From: Verrucomicrobiota bacterium
GTDB lineage: Bacteria; Verrucomicrobiota; Verrucomicrobiia; Limisphaerales; CANJSG01
Direction: 5' to 3'
Assembly: GCA_038209745.1 (NCBI GenBank)
Contig: JBBQXJ010000003.1
Coordinates: forward strand, 32,001-96,000
Length of the DNA: 64,000 nt
In this document: positions 1 to 9,063 of the stretch, piece by piece
How the letters are laid out: each line of letters opens with the position of its first letter
Numbering within the stretch: position 1 is the first letter of the stretch
Notes under the pieces: generated by a model
What the model saw: the letters and a program-made list of their open reading frames with translations, nothing else
Database searches by the model: none
What the model was told of the DNA's origin: nothing
Program-made: the position numbers and the translations under genes

Positions 1-571
1 GCACCTCGGTGCAAGGACCGCAGGGGCCGGTCTCGCCCATCATCCAGAAATTGTCCTTCTTGTTGCCGTTGACGATGTGGACGTCGGGATCGAGGCCGAC
101 GGAGCGGAACTTCGCGGCCCAGAGATCCCAGGCCTCCTGGTCGCGGTCGGCGGGATCGTTCTTCGACTTGTCGGGCTGGTAGATGGTGGCGTAGAGGCGG
201 TGCGGGGGAAATTTCCAGACTTCGACGACCAGTTCCCAGGCCCAGCCGATGGCCTCGGGCTTGAAGTAGTCGCCGAAGGACCAGTTGCCCAGCATCTCGA
301 AGAAAGTGTGGTGGTAGGTGTCGAGGCCGACGTCGTCGAGGTCGTTGTGTTTGCCGCCGGCGCGGATGCACTTCTGGGTATCGGCGGCGCGACCCGGGGA
401 ATAGGGGCAGGCCGTCTCGCCGAGGAAGATGGGGACGAACTGGTTCATGCCGGCGTTGGTGAACAGCAGGTTGGGGCTGTCCGGCAGGAGGGAGGAGCTG
501 GGGACGATGGTGTGTTGCTTCGACTTGAAGAAGTCGAGGAACGACTGGCGGATCTGGGTGCTGGTCATCAT
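1..571 (-). CDS. alaS: Alanine--tRNA ligase, N-terminal part (runs off window start)
   Basis: Minus-strand translation from 571 (not in the ORF track): [45 protein letters not shown]...[17 protein letters not shown]...[18 protein letters not shown], the AlaRS signature. Confidence 0.97.
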   Translation of the reverse strand, partial: MMTSTQIRQSFLDFFKSKQHTIVPSSSLLPDSPNLLFTNAGMNQFVPIFLGETACPYSPGRAADTQKCIRAGGKHNDLDDVGLDTYHHTFFEMLGNWSFGDYFKPEAIGWAWELVVEVWKFPPHRLYATIYQPDKSKNDPADRDQEAWDLWAAKFRSVGLDPDVHIVNGNKKDNFWMMGETGPCGPCTEV

Positions 572-594
572 GGAACTGGAAAGCGGGTTGTTGG

Positions 595-671
595 CCGTAG
601 CCGCCGGGGTCGGGAGGCGGTCCGGAAGGACGCTAAGCCCGAGGTCCGCCTCCCGACCCCGGCGGCTACGG
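595..671. repeat. REP/REPIN-like inverted pair (GTAG family)
   Basis: Perfect 26-bp inverted arms CCGTAGCCGCCGGGGTCGGGAGGCGG (595-620) and 646-671, separated by a 25-nt spacer. Confidence 0.8.
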
Positions 672-753
672 AAACGGGAGATAGACGCTAGTCAGCCGGG
701 AAATGGCAGGCGAGAGGGAAGTTGGCGCGCCGAGTTCAATCCTGATTTTCAGA

Positions 754-797
754 CTCTTAGACAAAATATAGACAAAACATAAACAAGAATTTGACTC
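754..797 (+). promoter_or_regulatory. Four 11-bp direct repeats, CarH/LitR-type operator candidate
   Basis: TAGACA (758), TAGACA (769), TAAACA (780), TTGACT (791) at exact 11-bp spacing in an AT-rich island upstream of the fasciclin gene. Confidence 0.65.
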
Positions 798-887
798 TTC
801 GATTTTGCCAACAATGTTCTGTCCCTAAGAAGCAGCGGATTATCCGGCTGCATCGGAACGAAAAACCTAACCCTCAGGAACTGCACT

Positions 888-1370
888 ATGAAAATGATTC
901 GCACTCTCGGATTTGCCGCCCTCGCCGCTTTCGCCCTCGCCTCCGCTCCGTTCAAGGCCTCCGCCGCAGACATCGTGGCCGTGGCTTCGGCCAACGGAAG
1001 CTTCAAGACCCTCGTGGCCGCCGTGAAGGCCGCCGGGCTCGTCGAGACGCTCCAAGGCAAGGGACCGTTCACGGTCTTCGCCCCGACCGATGCCGCCTTT
1101 GCCAAGCTGCCCGCCGGCACGGTGGAATCGCTGCTGAAGCCGGAGAACAAAGAGAAGCTGGTCGCGATTCTCACCTACCACGTCGTGGCCGGGAAGGTAA
1201 TGGCTGCCGACGTGAAGAGCGGCATGGTCAAGACCGTGAACGGCAAGGAACTCGATGTGAAGGTTTCGGACGGTAAGGTGACGGTGGACGGCGCCAAAGT
1301 GACCATGGCCGACGTGGCCGCGAGCAACGGGGTGATCCACGTGATCGACACGGTCCTCATGCCCGAATAA
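888..1370 (+). CDS. Secreted fasciclin (FAS1) domain protein
   Basis: Signal peptide; [20 protein letters not shown] and [13 protein letters not shown] motifs. Confidence 0.95.
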   Translation: MKMIRTLGFAALAAFALASAPFKASAADIVAVASANGSFKTLVAAVKAAGLVETLQGKGPFTVFAPTDAAFAKLPAGTVESLLKPENKEKLVAILTYHVVAGKVMAADVKSGMVKTVNGKELDVKVSDGKVTVDGAKVTMADVAASNGVIHVIDTVLMPE

Positions 1371-1387
1371 TTGATCGATCTCATCGA

Positions 1388-1425
1388 AGCCGGGAGGCAG
1401 GCGTCTGTCTCCCGGCTGTTTTGTT
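1388..1425 (+). terminator. Intrinsic terminator after fasciclin gene
   Basis: AGCCGGGAGGCAG-GCGT-CTGTCTCCCGGCT hairpin followed by GTTTTGTT. Confidence 0.75.
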
Positions 1426-1573
1426 GTTGGATGCCGGGTCCGGATCAGAAGCCGATGATCCAGCAGGAGGCGGAGGACGGTGGCGGGTTTGACGAGATCT
1501 TGATCGCGAAATGGGGGCGGTGGCCTAGATGTGATGTTCCAAGGGGTTGTTCATGGGGAGGGGGAGTTCCCCG

Positions 1574-3394
1574 CTAGTGGGTTCCGCGGCGGCTTCGGGC
1601 ACGGCGGAGTTCCGCGAGGGCGTCGCTCGCGAGGGCATCGGCCGGGTTCAGTCGAAGCGCGGTTTCAAAGTGGGATTGCGCGCCGTCTAGATCGCCTTGT
1701 TCCGCCAGGATGAAGCCGAGGTTGCCGTGCGATTTTCCGTCGGTCGGATCGAGCTGGAGGGCGGTTTCGAATTCGGACCTGGCTTCGAGGCCGCGGTTCG
1801 TCTGCCGAAACACGAGCCCGAGAAAATAGTGGGCGCGGGCGTAGGCCGGCTGGGCTTCGATGGCGGCGCGGAACTGGCGCTCGGCTTCGTCCGGCTTTTT
1901 TTGACTCAAAAGGATGACACCGAGATCGACCCGCGCCTTGGCGTCGTCCGGGTTTTTGCGGAGGGCGTCTTCCTTCGACTCGCGAAAATGCACCGCGAAC
2001 TTGGTCTCGTAGGCGGTGGCGAGCCGCGGGAGATCGGCTCGGTTGAGAGGGACCAATTGGAACCAGAGCTCGGCCATCTCGTCGGTCGACTGCGGGCCGT
2101 AGGAGACGGGCTTCGGCGGGTGGTTGGGATTGCGGGGATTTTGGGTCGAGTTGTCGTAGGTGTAGCGCATCGACAGGACGGAACCCTTGGGCAGAAAGAC
2201 GGGCACCGCGTAGCGGTAGTCGCCTTGCCAGTTGAAGTCCCACTGCTTGATGAAGAGGAGCCACTTCTTCGAGCCGTCCGGCAGGGTGGCCCAGCCCTTC
2301 ATCTCCTTGGCCAAGTAGTGCGCGTGGGGCAGGACGGCGAGGACTTCGACGTCGGTCGGGAGCTCGAACCTGTCCTCGACCACGTAGTCGCGTTCACCGG
2401 CGGGGATGTCGAGACGGAGCGACGTGAGGGCGATCTTGAAGCAGGTGTTGGTCGGCGGTTCGTCCGTGAAATAGAGACCCACGCTCGGCTGCACCCGCTC
2501 GGGCTTGCCGCTTGGATTCAGGTGCATCTCCACGACGAGGTCGTCTCCAGGATTGAGCCGCCAGGGCAGTCCCGGCGGACCGAACGCCGGCAACCGCCCG
2601 GGCTGCCACCCGAGGAACTGGCCGTCGGGCATCGTGGCCTGGGAATCCATTCCGCCGAATCCGGGACCGGGCTCTTCGGCGTCGAGCCGCCGCGACTGGC
2701 CGTCCGAGTTCACCTTGACGAAGGCATGGTGGACGACACGCGGATTGCCCGGGCGCAGGGCGACACCCTTGACGAAGCGAGGGGTCGTGACGGTCGAAGG
2801 GACGACGAAGTTGCGATACACGTCGCGGCCTTCCGCCGGCAGTTCGTAGGGCTCGGCCATCGTCAGGACGAGATCGGGTTCGCCCAGATGCCAGTCGCTC
2901 GGCCATGTGGGCGCGGCGGGCAGATCGGAAGCGACGCCCTCGGCGGCGCCTTCGGAGATCCACTGCTGGATCTTGCCCAGATCGTCGGTGCTCAAGCGCC
3001 GTTCACCGACGAAGTTGCCGTAGCCGTGCTCGGGCAGCCAGGGCGGCATGTAGCGGTCGGCGGTGACGGTGGCGATGTCCTTGGCGTGTTTCTTGACCGC
3101 CGCGTAGTCGAGCAGCGGGAACGGTGCGGACTGGCCGGGGCGATGGCACTCCGCGCAGTTCCGGAAGACGATCGGCGCGATGTCCTTGTCGAAGGTGAGC
3201 TGCCCGACCGGGCGTGGAACGTAGACGGCGAACGGCGGCGTCTGCGGCCGCTGCATCCAGGCGTAGGCGACGGCGGCGCCCATGATGCCGAACCCGACCA
3301 ACCAGCGGACGAGGCGAGTTCCGGCGGTCTCCGGCTCCGGAGGCGGCATCAGATTCTTCGGGGCGGGCTTCGACTTGTTCGGCTTCTTCTTCAT
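1574..3394 (-). CDS. Membrane-anchored heme-c / copper type II monooxygenase-like protein with C-terminal TPRs
   Basis: Likely start MKKKPNK at 3394 (ATGA overlap with upstream gene); TM helix, CAECH, VVHHA, EMHL, PHAH, WDFNWQ, DEM, then TPR repeats. Confidence 0.8.
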   Translation of the reverse strand: MKKKPNKSKPAPKNLMPPPEPETAGTRLVRWLVGFGIMGAAVAYAWMQRPQTPPFAVYVPRPVGQLTFDKDIAPIVFRNCAECHRPGQSAPFPLLDYAAVKKHAKDIATVTADRYMPPWLPEHGYGNFVGERRLSTDDLGKIQQWISEGAAEGVASDLPAAPTWPSDWHLGEPDLVLTMAEPYELPAEGRDVYRNFVVPSTVTTPRFVKGVALRPGNPRVVHHAFVKVNSDGQSRRLDAEEPGPGFGGMDSQATMPDGQFLGWQPGRLPAFGPPGLPWRLNPGDDLVVEMHLNPSGKPERVQPSVGLYFTDEPPTNTCFKIALTSLRLDIPAGERDYVVEDRFELPTDVEVLAVLPHAHYLAKEMKGWATLPDGSKKWLLFIKQWDFNWQGDYRYAVPVFLPKGSVLSMRYTYDNSTQNPRNPNHPPKPVSYGPQSTDEMAELWFQLVPLNRADLPRLATAYETKFAVHFRESKEDALRKNPDDAKARVDLGVILLSQKKPDEAERQFRAAIEAQPAYARAHYFLGLVFRQTNRGLEARSEFETALQLDPTDGKSHGNLGFILAEQGDLDGAQSHFETALRLNPADALASDALAELRRARSRRGTH

Positions 3395-4050
3395 GGAACG
3401 AAAGTGATCGCGCAGCCGACGGCCCTGGCGGGCGCGTTGGTGACGGCGCGACCGGCCACGATGCAGTCCAGCACTTCGGCGAGGTCGCGCTGCGTGGGTT
3501 CGGTGCGTTTGACCCCGAACGCGGCGAAGCGGTCGTCGATGCGGCCGTGGTAGACCAACGCGTGGGCGGCGTTGAACACGGCGGCTTCCGGCGTGACCCG
3601 CGCTTGGGCGAGGCGCGCCAAGGCGGTCTTCGGATCGCGCAAAGCGGGGCCCGTGAGCTGGTAGTCCGCGAGTTGGCGGCGGATGTCCGCGATGGGCTCG
3701 TCCGGATCCGGATAGACCATCCAGAAGGCGATGCCCGTGCCGGAACACGTGTCGCGCAGGCGGCGGATCTCCGGCGCGTAGCTGTTGGAGACCGGGCAGT
3801 CGGTGCGGAGAAAGAAGAGAACCACCGGCTGGCCGGCAGCGAACGGATCTGCAGGCTTTCCGTCCAGATCGACCAGTCCGAGCGACGCGGGCTGGAGGGT
3901 GATCGCCGAGGCGTCCGTGGATGCGATGCCCGGTGCCGAAGGTTCGGGAGAACAACCCGGCTGCGTCATCAGTCCGGCAACGAGCACGAGCGGGCCCAGC
4001 CACGGCATGAATCCGGGGCGAGGATCGGAGCAGATTGAACGGCGGGGCAT
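3391..4050 (-). CDS. Redoxin (AhpC/TSA-like thioredoxin fold), probable lipoprotein
   Basis: DCPVSNSY, TPEAAVF, YHGRIDD and C-terminal AVGC motifs; hydrophobic N-terminus ending PGC. Confidence 0.85.
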   Translation of the reverse strand: MPRRSICSDPRPGFMPWLGPLVLVAGLMTQPGCSPEPSAPGIASTDASAITLQPASLGLVDLDGKPADPFAAGQPVVLFFLRTDCPVSNSYAPEIRRLRDTCSGTGIAFWMVYPDPDEPIADIRRQLADYQLTGPALRDPKTALARLAQARVTPEAAVFNAAHALVYHGRIDDRFAAFGVKRTEPTQRDLAEVLDCIVAGRAVTNAPARAVGCAITFVP

Positions 4051-4226
4051 GGTGTGGGCGTGTCGGGATTGATTTGTGCCGTTCGAAACCCGGGAAGTCT
4101 AGGGCCTGTCCACAGACTCTCCGTGGGCCGGGACGCCGGGCGGGGCTTGTTGGACAGGTTGGCGGCGGTTGACGCGGACCCAAACCACGTCAGTTTGTCC
4201 CTTCCCGTTTTCCGGGGTTGTTGTCG

Positions 4227-5468
4227 ATGAAGCCGTTTTCCGAACGTCCGCTGCTCCTGCTGCTCGCCGCCGTGCAGTTCACCCACATCATGGATTTCAT
4301 GATCCTGATGCCGCTGGGCCCTCAATTGATGCGCGATCTGAGCGTGTCGCCGGGGCAGTTCAGCAGCCTGGTCGCGGCCTACAGCATCACGGCGGGAATC
4401 GTTGGATTGCTGTTCGCGCCGTTCATCGACCGGTTTGATCGGCGGCCGTTGATCCTGATCGCGTATGCGGGGTTCGCCATGGGCACCCTGGCCTGTGCGT
4501 TGTCGACGACCTTCCACTCGCTGTTGATTGCGCGGGCGATTTGCGGCGGGTTCGGCGGCGTATCGGGGGCGCTCGTTTTGGCGATCGTCAGCGATCTGGT
4601 GCCACCGGAGCGTCGGGCAACGGGCATGGGGATCATCATGACGGCGTTCGCGATGGCGGCGGCGCTCGGGGTTCCGTTCGGGCTGTTTCTCGCGGGCCGG
4701 TTCGACTGGGAGGCGCCGTTCTTCATGACCGTGGGACTGGCGGTGGTGGTCTGGACCTTTCTGGCGCTGGGGCTGCCGTCGGTGAGGGGGCACATGGGCC
4801 AGGGCGGTGGGAGCCGGAAGTCGTTCGTGGAGCTGATCACGAACCCGAACGCCAACCGGGCGCTGCTCTTCATGGGCGCGCTGATCTTCGGCCACTTCGC
4901 CATCATTCCGCTGCTCTCGGCCTATCTCGTGGCCAACGTGGGTGTGCCGGAGAACCGCATCTTCCTCGTGTATCTCGTCGGAGGCGTGCTGACGGTCTTC
5001 ACGTCGCCGGTGGTGGGGCGGCTGGCGGATCGGGTGGGACATCGCCGGGTCTATGCGGTGCTGGTGAGCGTGGCGAGCCTGGTGACCTTGGCCATCAGCA
5101 ACTCCGGGCCCATGCCGCTGTGGGGCGTGCTGGCTTTGGCGGGGATGTTCTTCGTGTTCGCCAGCGGCCGGTTCGTGCCCGGGCAGGCGATCATGTCGCT
5201 GGCGGTGCAGCCTCGACAACGCGGCGCCTTCATGAGCCTGACCTCGTGCACGCGGGATCTCGGGGCGGGCATCACCACGGCGATGAGCGGTTGGATCGTG
5301 ACCACGGCGCCGGATGGACGACTGATCGGCTATCACTGGCTCGGCTGGCTGGCCGTCGGAGCGAACGTGGCGAGCCTTCTGGTGTTGCGTCGGGTGCGGG
5401 CGGTCGAAGGGGGGGGCGGTTCGTCGGCGAACACGATCGGCACGACCGAACAGCCGAACGCGGTTTGA
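4227..5468 (+). CDS. MFS transporter
   Basis: About 12 hydrophobic segments; QFTHIMDFMILMPLGP, DRFDRR, GRLADRVG motifs. Confidence 0.93.
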   Translation: MKPFSERPLLLLLAAVQFTHIMDFMILMPLGPQLMRDLSVSPGQFSSLVAAYSITAGIVGLLFAPFIDRFDRRPLILIAYAGFAMGTLACALSTTFHSLLIARAICGGFGGVSGALVLAIVSDLVPPERRATGMGIIMTAFAMAAALGVPFGLFLAGRFDWEAPFFMTVGLAVVVWTFLALGLPSVRGHMGQGGGSRKSFVELITNPNANRALLFMGALIFGHFAIIPLLSAYLVANVGVPENRIFLVYLVGGVLTVFTSPVVGRLADRVGHRRVYAVLVSVASLVTLAISNSGPMPLWGVLALAGMFFVFASGRFVPGQAIMSLAVQPRQRGAFMSLTSCTRDLGAGITTAMSGWIVTTAPDGRLIGYHWLGWLAVGANVASLLVLRRVRAVEGGGGSSANTIGTTEQPNAV

Positions 5469-5511
5469 TCCGCTCCTTGACTTGGTTGGCGGTTCAGGAA
5501 ACGACAGGCGC

Positions 5512-6960
5512 GTGTCCCCGCTTCCGATCAACCTCTACGCGCAGTGGCGTGTCCGCAGTTCCCCCGCGACCGAGCTGCACGATCGGGTGGAGCGTCCGCC
5601 CGAAGAGTGGCTGCAACGGGTCTGGCACCATCAGCGGCTGAAGCGCGAGTCGCTCCGGTTGCTGGATGGGCGGCGTCTGCGGGTGCTGCATCCGGGATTT
5701 CGCAGTCTGGAGGGCGGGCCGGACTTTCGCGACGCGGTCATCCAGATCGAAGGCGAGGCGGCGTGCGCGGGAGACCTGGAAGTGGACGTGGACGCCGCGG
5801 GCTGGAAGCACCACGGGCACGACCGCAATCCGGCCTTCGCGAAGGTCGTTCTCCATGTCGTCTGGAACGCGCCGACGGAGGCCGCGCAGCCGTTGCCGAC
5901 GCTGGTGCTCTCTTCGGTGCTGGATGCGCCGTTGGGCGAGATCGTCGCGTGGACCGAGGGCGAGCCGGGTTGGGCGGACGAGTTTCTCGGTCGCTGCTGT
6001 TCGCCGTTGCAGGCGTTGGACACGGAGCGGTTGGGCGAATTGCTGCGACAGGCGGCCCAGGTGCGGTTGGAGCGGAAGGCGCAGAATTTCGCGCGGCGGG
6101 CCCGGGACGAGGGCTGGGAACAAGCGCTCTGGGAAGGGCTCTTCCGCGCGTTGGGCTACAAGCACAATGCTTGGCCGATGCAGCGCTTGGCGGAGCTGTT
6201 GCCGGGCCTGGCGGAGGCGGACCGGGCGGTGGCGTCGTTGCAGGCGCGGTTTTTGGGGCTGGCGGGATTGCTGCCGCATGAACTGCCGGCGAATTCGCTC
6301 AGGGAAGCACGGCCGTTTTGGGACACGTGGTGGCGCGAGCGGGATCGATGGCGCGAGAACGTCTTGCCGCCGGTGGTGTGGCGCATGCACGGGCTCCGGC
6401 CGGCGAACCAGCCGCAGCGGAGACTGGCCTTGGCGGCGCATTGGCTCGCGCGGCCGAAATTCGTCGCGGATCTCGAGGAATGGTTTCTCGGTTCAGGCAA
6501 ACCGTCGGCGTTGCTGCAGGTGCTCCAAGGGGGAGAAGACGATTTCTGGGAGCGGCACTGGACCCTACGGAGCGTGCGGATGGCGAAGCCGCAGCCGCTG
6601 CTGGGCGGAGCACGGGCCACGGATCTGGCGATCAACGTGGTCCTGCCGTGGTTCCGCGCGCGGGCGGAAGCGGGCGGCAACGCCGGCCTGGTGACTCGGG
6701 CGGACGCGCTTTTCCAACGATGGCCGGCGGGCGAGGACAACTCGAAGCTGAAGCAGGCGCGGGTGCGGCTGTTGGGCGGCGCGCGGCGCGACCTGAAGGC
6801 GACCGCCGCCTTGCAGCAGGGATTGCTCCAGATTCTACAGGACTTCTGCGGGCGGGCGGACGCGCTCTGTTCCGGATGCCGGTTCCCGGACCTGGTGCGG
6901 GGCCTCAGCCCGGGCCCCGGGCCAGCAGTTGCCGACGGGCGGACTGGAGGCGATGGATGA
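5512..6960 (+). CDS. DUF2851 family protein
   Basis: GPDF..A, GDLEVD, W..HGHD.NPAF..VVLHVV, LRPANQP.RRL; C-terminal C-x6-C-x2-C; GTG start at 5512 assumed. Confidence 0.85.
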   Translation: MSPLPINLYAQWRVRSSPATELHDRVERPPEEWLQRVWHHQRLKRESLRLLDGRRLRVLHPGFRSLEGGPDFRDAVIQIEGEAACAGDLEVDVDAAGWKHHGHDRNPAFAKVVLHVVWNAPTEAAQPLPTLVLSSVLDAPLGEIVAWTEGEPGWADEFLGRCCSPLQALDTERLGELLRQAAQVRLERKAQNFARRARDEGWEQALWEGLFRALGYKHNAWPMQRLAELLPGLAEADRAVASLQARFLGLAGLLPHELPANSLREARPFWDTWWRERDRWRENVLPPVVWRMHGLRPANQPQRRLALAAHWLARPKFVADLEEWFLGSGKPSALLQVLQGGEDDFWERHWTLRSVRMAKPQPLLGGARATDLAINVVLPWFRARAEAGGNAGLVTRADALFQRWPAGEDNSKLKQARVRLLGGARRDLKATAALQQGLLQILQDFCGRADALCSGCRFPDLVRGLSPGPGPAVADGRTGGDG

Positions 6961-7384
6961 TGACGGTGCTCATGCGCAGGAGCAGTTCGTAGCCGAGGTC
7001 GTGGTTGACCTCGCACTCTTCGCGGAGGCGGGTTCCGTAGAAGAAGATCGCCTCGACCGGCTCGACGGCCCGGGCGTCGAAGTTCCAGTAGTAGGGAGGG
7101 AAGAGCCAGGACCAGCCGAGCACGTCGCCGGGGCCGATGGTCTGCAGGATCGTTTCGGGGCCGTCGACGTTCGACGAGGACAGGGTCACCTGGCCGGAGA
7201 GGATGAGATAGAAGCGGTTGGCGGGATCGCCTTCGCGGAAGATGGCTTCTCCGGTGCCGAACGAGGCCTTCATGGCGTAGGCGCCGAGCGTGTCGAGCAT
7301 CGCCGGCGACAGGTCCCGCAGAAGGGGGTGGGTGGCGATGGCCTTGCGGAGCTCGGATTCTCCGGCGGGTGGGGTCGAGTTCAT
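6905..7384 (-). CDS. Stand-alone cyclic-nucleotide-binding domain protein (no HTH)
   Basis: MNSTPPA start; IFREGDPANRFYLILSG and GDVLGWSWLFPPY.W.FDARA motifs. Confidence 0.88.
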   Translation of the reverse strand: MNSTPPAGESELRKAIATHPLLRDLSPAMLDTLGAYAMKASFGTGEAIFREGDPANRFYLILSGQVTLSSSNVDGPETILQTIGPGDVLGWSWLFPPYYWNFDARAVEPVEAIFFYGTRLREECEVNHDLGYELLLRMSTVIIHRLQSARRQLLARGPG

Positions 7385-7425
7385 GGTGTGGCTTGAGTTG
7401 AGTCTGTTCCGGAAGCAGGAGTCGT

Positions 7426-8316
7426 TCAGAAAACCTCGGCCTTCAAGTCCGAGATCCGTCGCACGGTCCGGGCGATGTCGGAGAGGACCTTGAGCGGTAG
7501 ATGGCCGATAGCGGGATTGTTCGTCGGCCGGGTAGCCGAATAGATCTGGACGGAGCGGATCTGGGCGCCGTGTTTGCGGAGGCTGCGAAGACGCTCGGCA
7601 TAGGCGGCGATCTCGTCCGGCGTCGGACCTTGGCCATGGAGACTCGCGAAGAGGCTTTGGATGGTCACTGGGCGCCGCCGCGCCAGGGTGAGGATGTTGC
7701 CGAGCGCGGCTTCCAGCGTGGTGGTCTCCGGGTGGTTGATCTGGTCCATGTAGGGCTGGGTGCCGGCGTCGAGCTTGACCCAGATCTCGTCGCGGGAGGT
7801 CAGCAGGGAGAGGCCGCGCTCCACCTCCGGGTGGTCGAGGCGGGAACCGTTCGTCACGAGCACCAGCTTGAAGAATCCCTCGGGTCGACAGGCCCGGACG
7901 TGGACGACGGTCTCGATCGCCTCGGCGAACCGTTCGGACAGGGTCGGTTCTCCGTCGCCGCTGATGGCGACGTGGCGGAGCTCCAGCAGACTGCCCGGCA
8001 GGCTGTCGTAGGGCGGGCGTCGGCCGAGCTCGCCGGTGTGGACCCGGGAGAGCATCGCGTTGAGCTCGGCGGCAAGCGTGGCGAGATCGAGCGGGTCGGT
8101 GTGCCGGGGATGGAGGCGGTCCACCTCGCAGTAGGCGCAGTCGAAGTTGCAGCGGGCGTCGGGCGTGAGATCCACGCCGACCGAGAGACCTCGGGCACGG
8201 GGCGAAACGACGGTGTAGACGAAGCGGTTCCGGAAGAAGTTCCGGAGGCAACCGCCGGACGTGCAGGGTCCGGCGAGAACCCGGGTGCCGGCCGGGGGCG
8301 GTGTCTCGATGGACAT
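7426..8316 (-). CDS. Radical SAM protein
   Basis: CNFDCAYC (Cx3Cx2C), SGDGEPT, LVTNG, KLDAG. Confidence 0.9.
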   Translation of the reverse strand: MSIETPPPAGTRVLAGPCTSGGCLRNFFRNRFVYTVVSPRARGLSVGVDLTPDARCNFDCAYCEVDRLHPRHTDPLDLATLAAELNAMLSRVHTGELGRRPPYDSLPGSLLELRHVAISGDGEPTLSERFAEAIETVVHVRACRPEGFFKLVLVTNGSRLDHPEVERGLSLLTSRDEIWVKLDAGTQPYMDQINHPETTTLEAALGNILTLARRRPVTIQSLFASLHGQGPTPDEIAAYAERLRSLRKHGAQIRSVQIYSATRPTNNPAIGHLPLKVLSDIARTVRRISDLKAEVF

Positions 8317-8330
8317 CGGGATCACAGGCG

Positions 8331-8885
8331 TCAGGCCTTCTTGACGGGCTTCTTGGGCTCGACGCTGCGAAGCACCAGCACGGGACAGGGCGCGTAGCGC
8401 ACGACATTCTCCGCCGTGCTGCCGAGGAGGACGTGTTTCAACCCGGTATAGCCGTGGGTGGAGATGACGATGAGGTCCGTCTTCTCCGCAGCGGCCACGT
8501 CCGCGATGACCCGCGAGGATCGTCCGGAGCGGACCATGTATTTGGCGGAGACTCCTTCGGCTTGGGAGGACTGGGCCATCTGTTCGAGCCGCTGTTCCGC
8601 GCCGGCCAGGAGGTCGCGTTCCAGCGCGGCCTGGTCGAAGACCGCGACGTCCGCATAGGCGTAGTTGATCTCGACGACGTGGAGCAGGATCACGGATCCG
8701 CCGGCCTGTTTCGCCAAGGCCGTGGCCTGGGCGACGGCCCGGGCGGAATTCTCCGAAAAATCGACGGGAACGAGGAAGCGGCGCATGGCCAGCGGGGGAG
8801 TGACTGCCTGGGCGAGGATCGGGGCGTCGGAACGGCCCTTTTCCATCGCTGCTTTGCCGCGTTTTTTGGAGGATTTCACATTCAT
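8331..8885 (-). CDS. Universal stress protein
   Basis: LVPVDFSE, DLIVISTHG, LLGSTAENVVRYAPCPVLV. Confidence 0.93.
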   Translation of the reverse strand: MNVKSSKKRGKAAMEKGRSDAPILAQAVTPPLAMRRFLVPVDFSENSARAVAQATALAKQAGGSVILLHVVEINYAYADVAVFDQAALERDLLAGAEQRLEQMAQSSQAEGVSAKYMVRSGRSSRVIADVAAAEKTDLIVISTHGYTGLKHVLLGSTAENVVRYAPCPVLVLRSVEPKKPVKKA

Positions 8886-9063
8886 GGTTGGGTGGCCGCC
8901 GGGCGACCGGCGATCGGGGTTTGGAGTTGTCGCTGTTGCAATCGACACCCAAAGCGCCAGTCCGGCCACACCCTCGTTGCGGTTGATGCACCGGATTTGG
9001 CGTTCGACGTGGAATGCGGGGCAGTGGATCGGAGGCATTGAGTTCGCTTGGTTTCCCGACAGG

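Noticed and set aside
77..691. 204-aa plus-strand ORF
   Set aside because: Antisense shadow of alaS, whose motifs are clear on the minus strand.
3395..4183. N-terminal extension of the 869-aa ORF
   Set aside because: An Arg/Pro-rich off-frame reading of the redoxin gene; the real start is most likely the ATGA-coupled Met at 3394.
7385..8407. 500-aa ORF suggesting a long cNMP protein
   Set aside because: The upstream part overlaps the radical SAM gene in another frame and is not protein-like.
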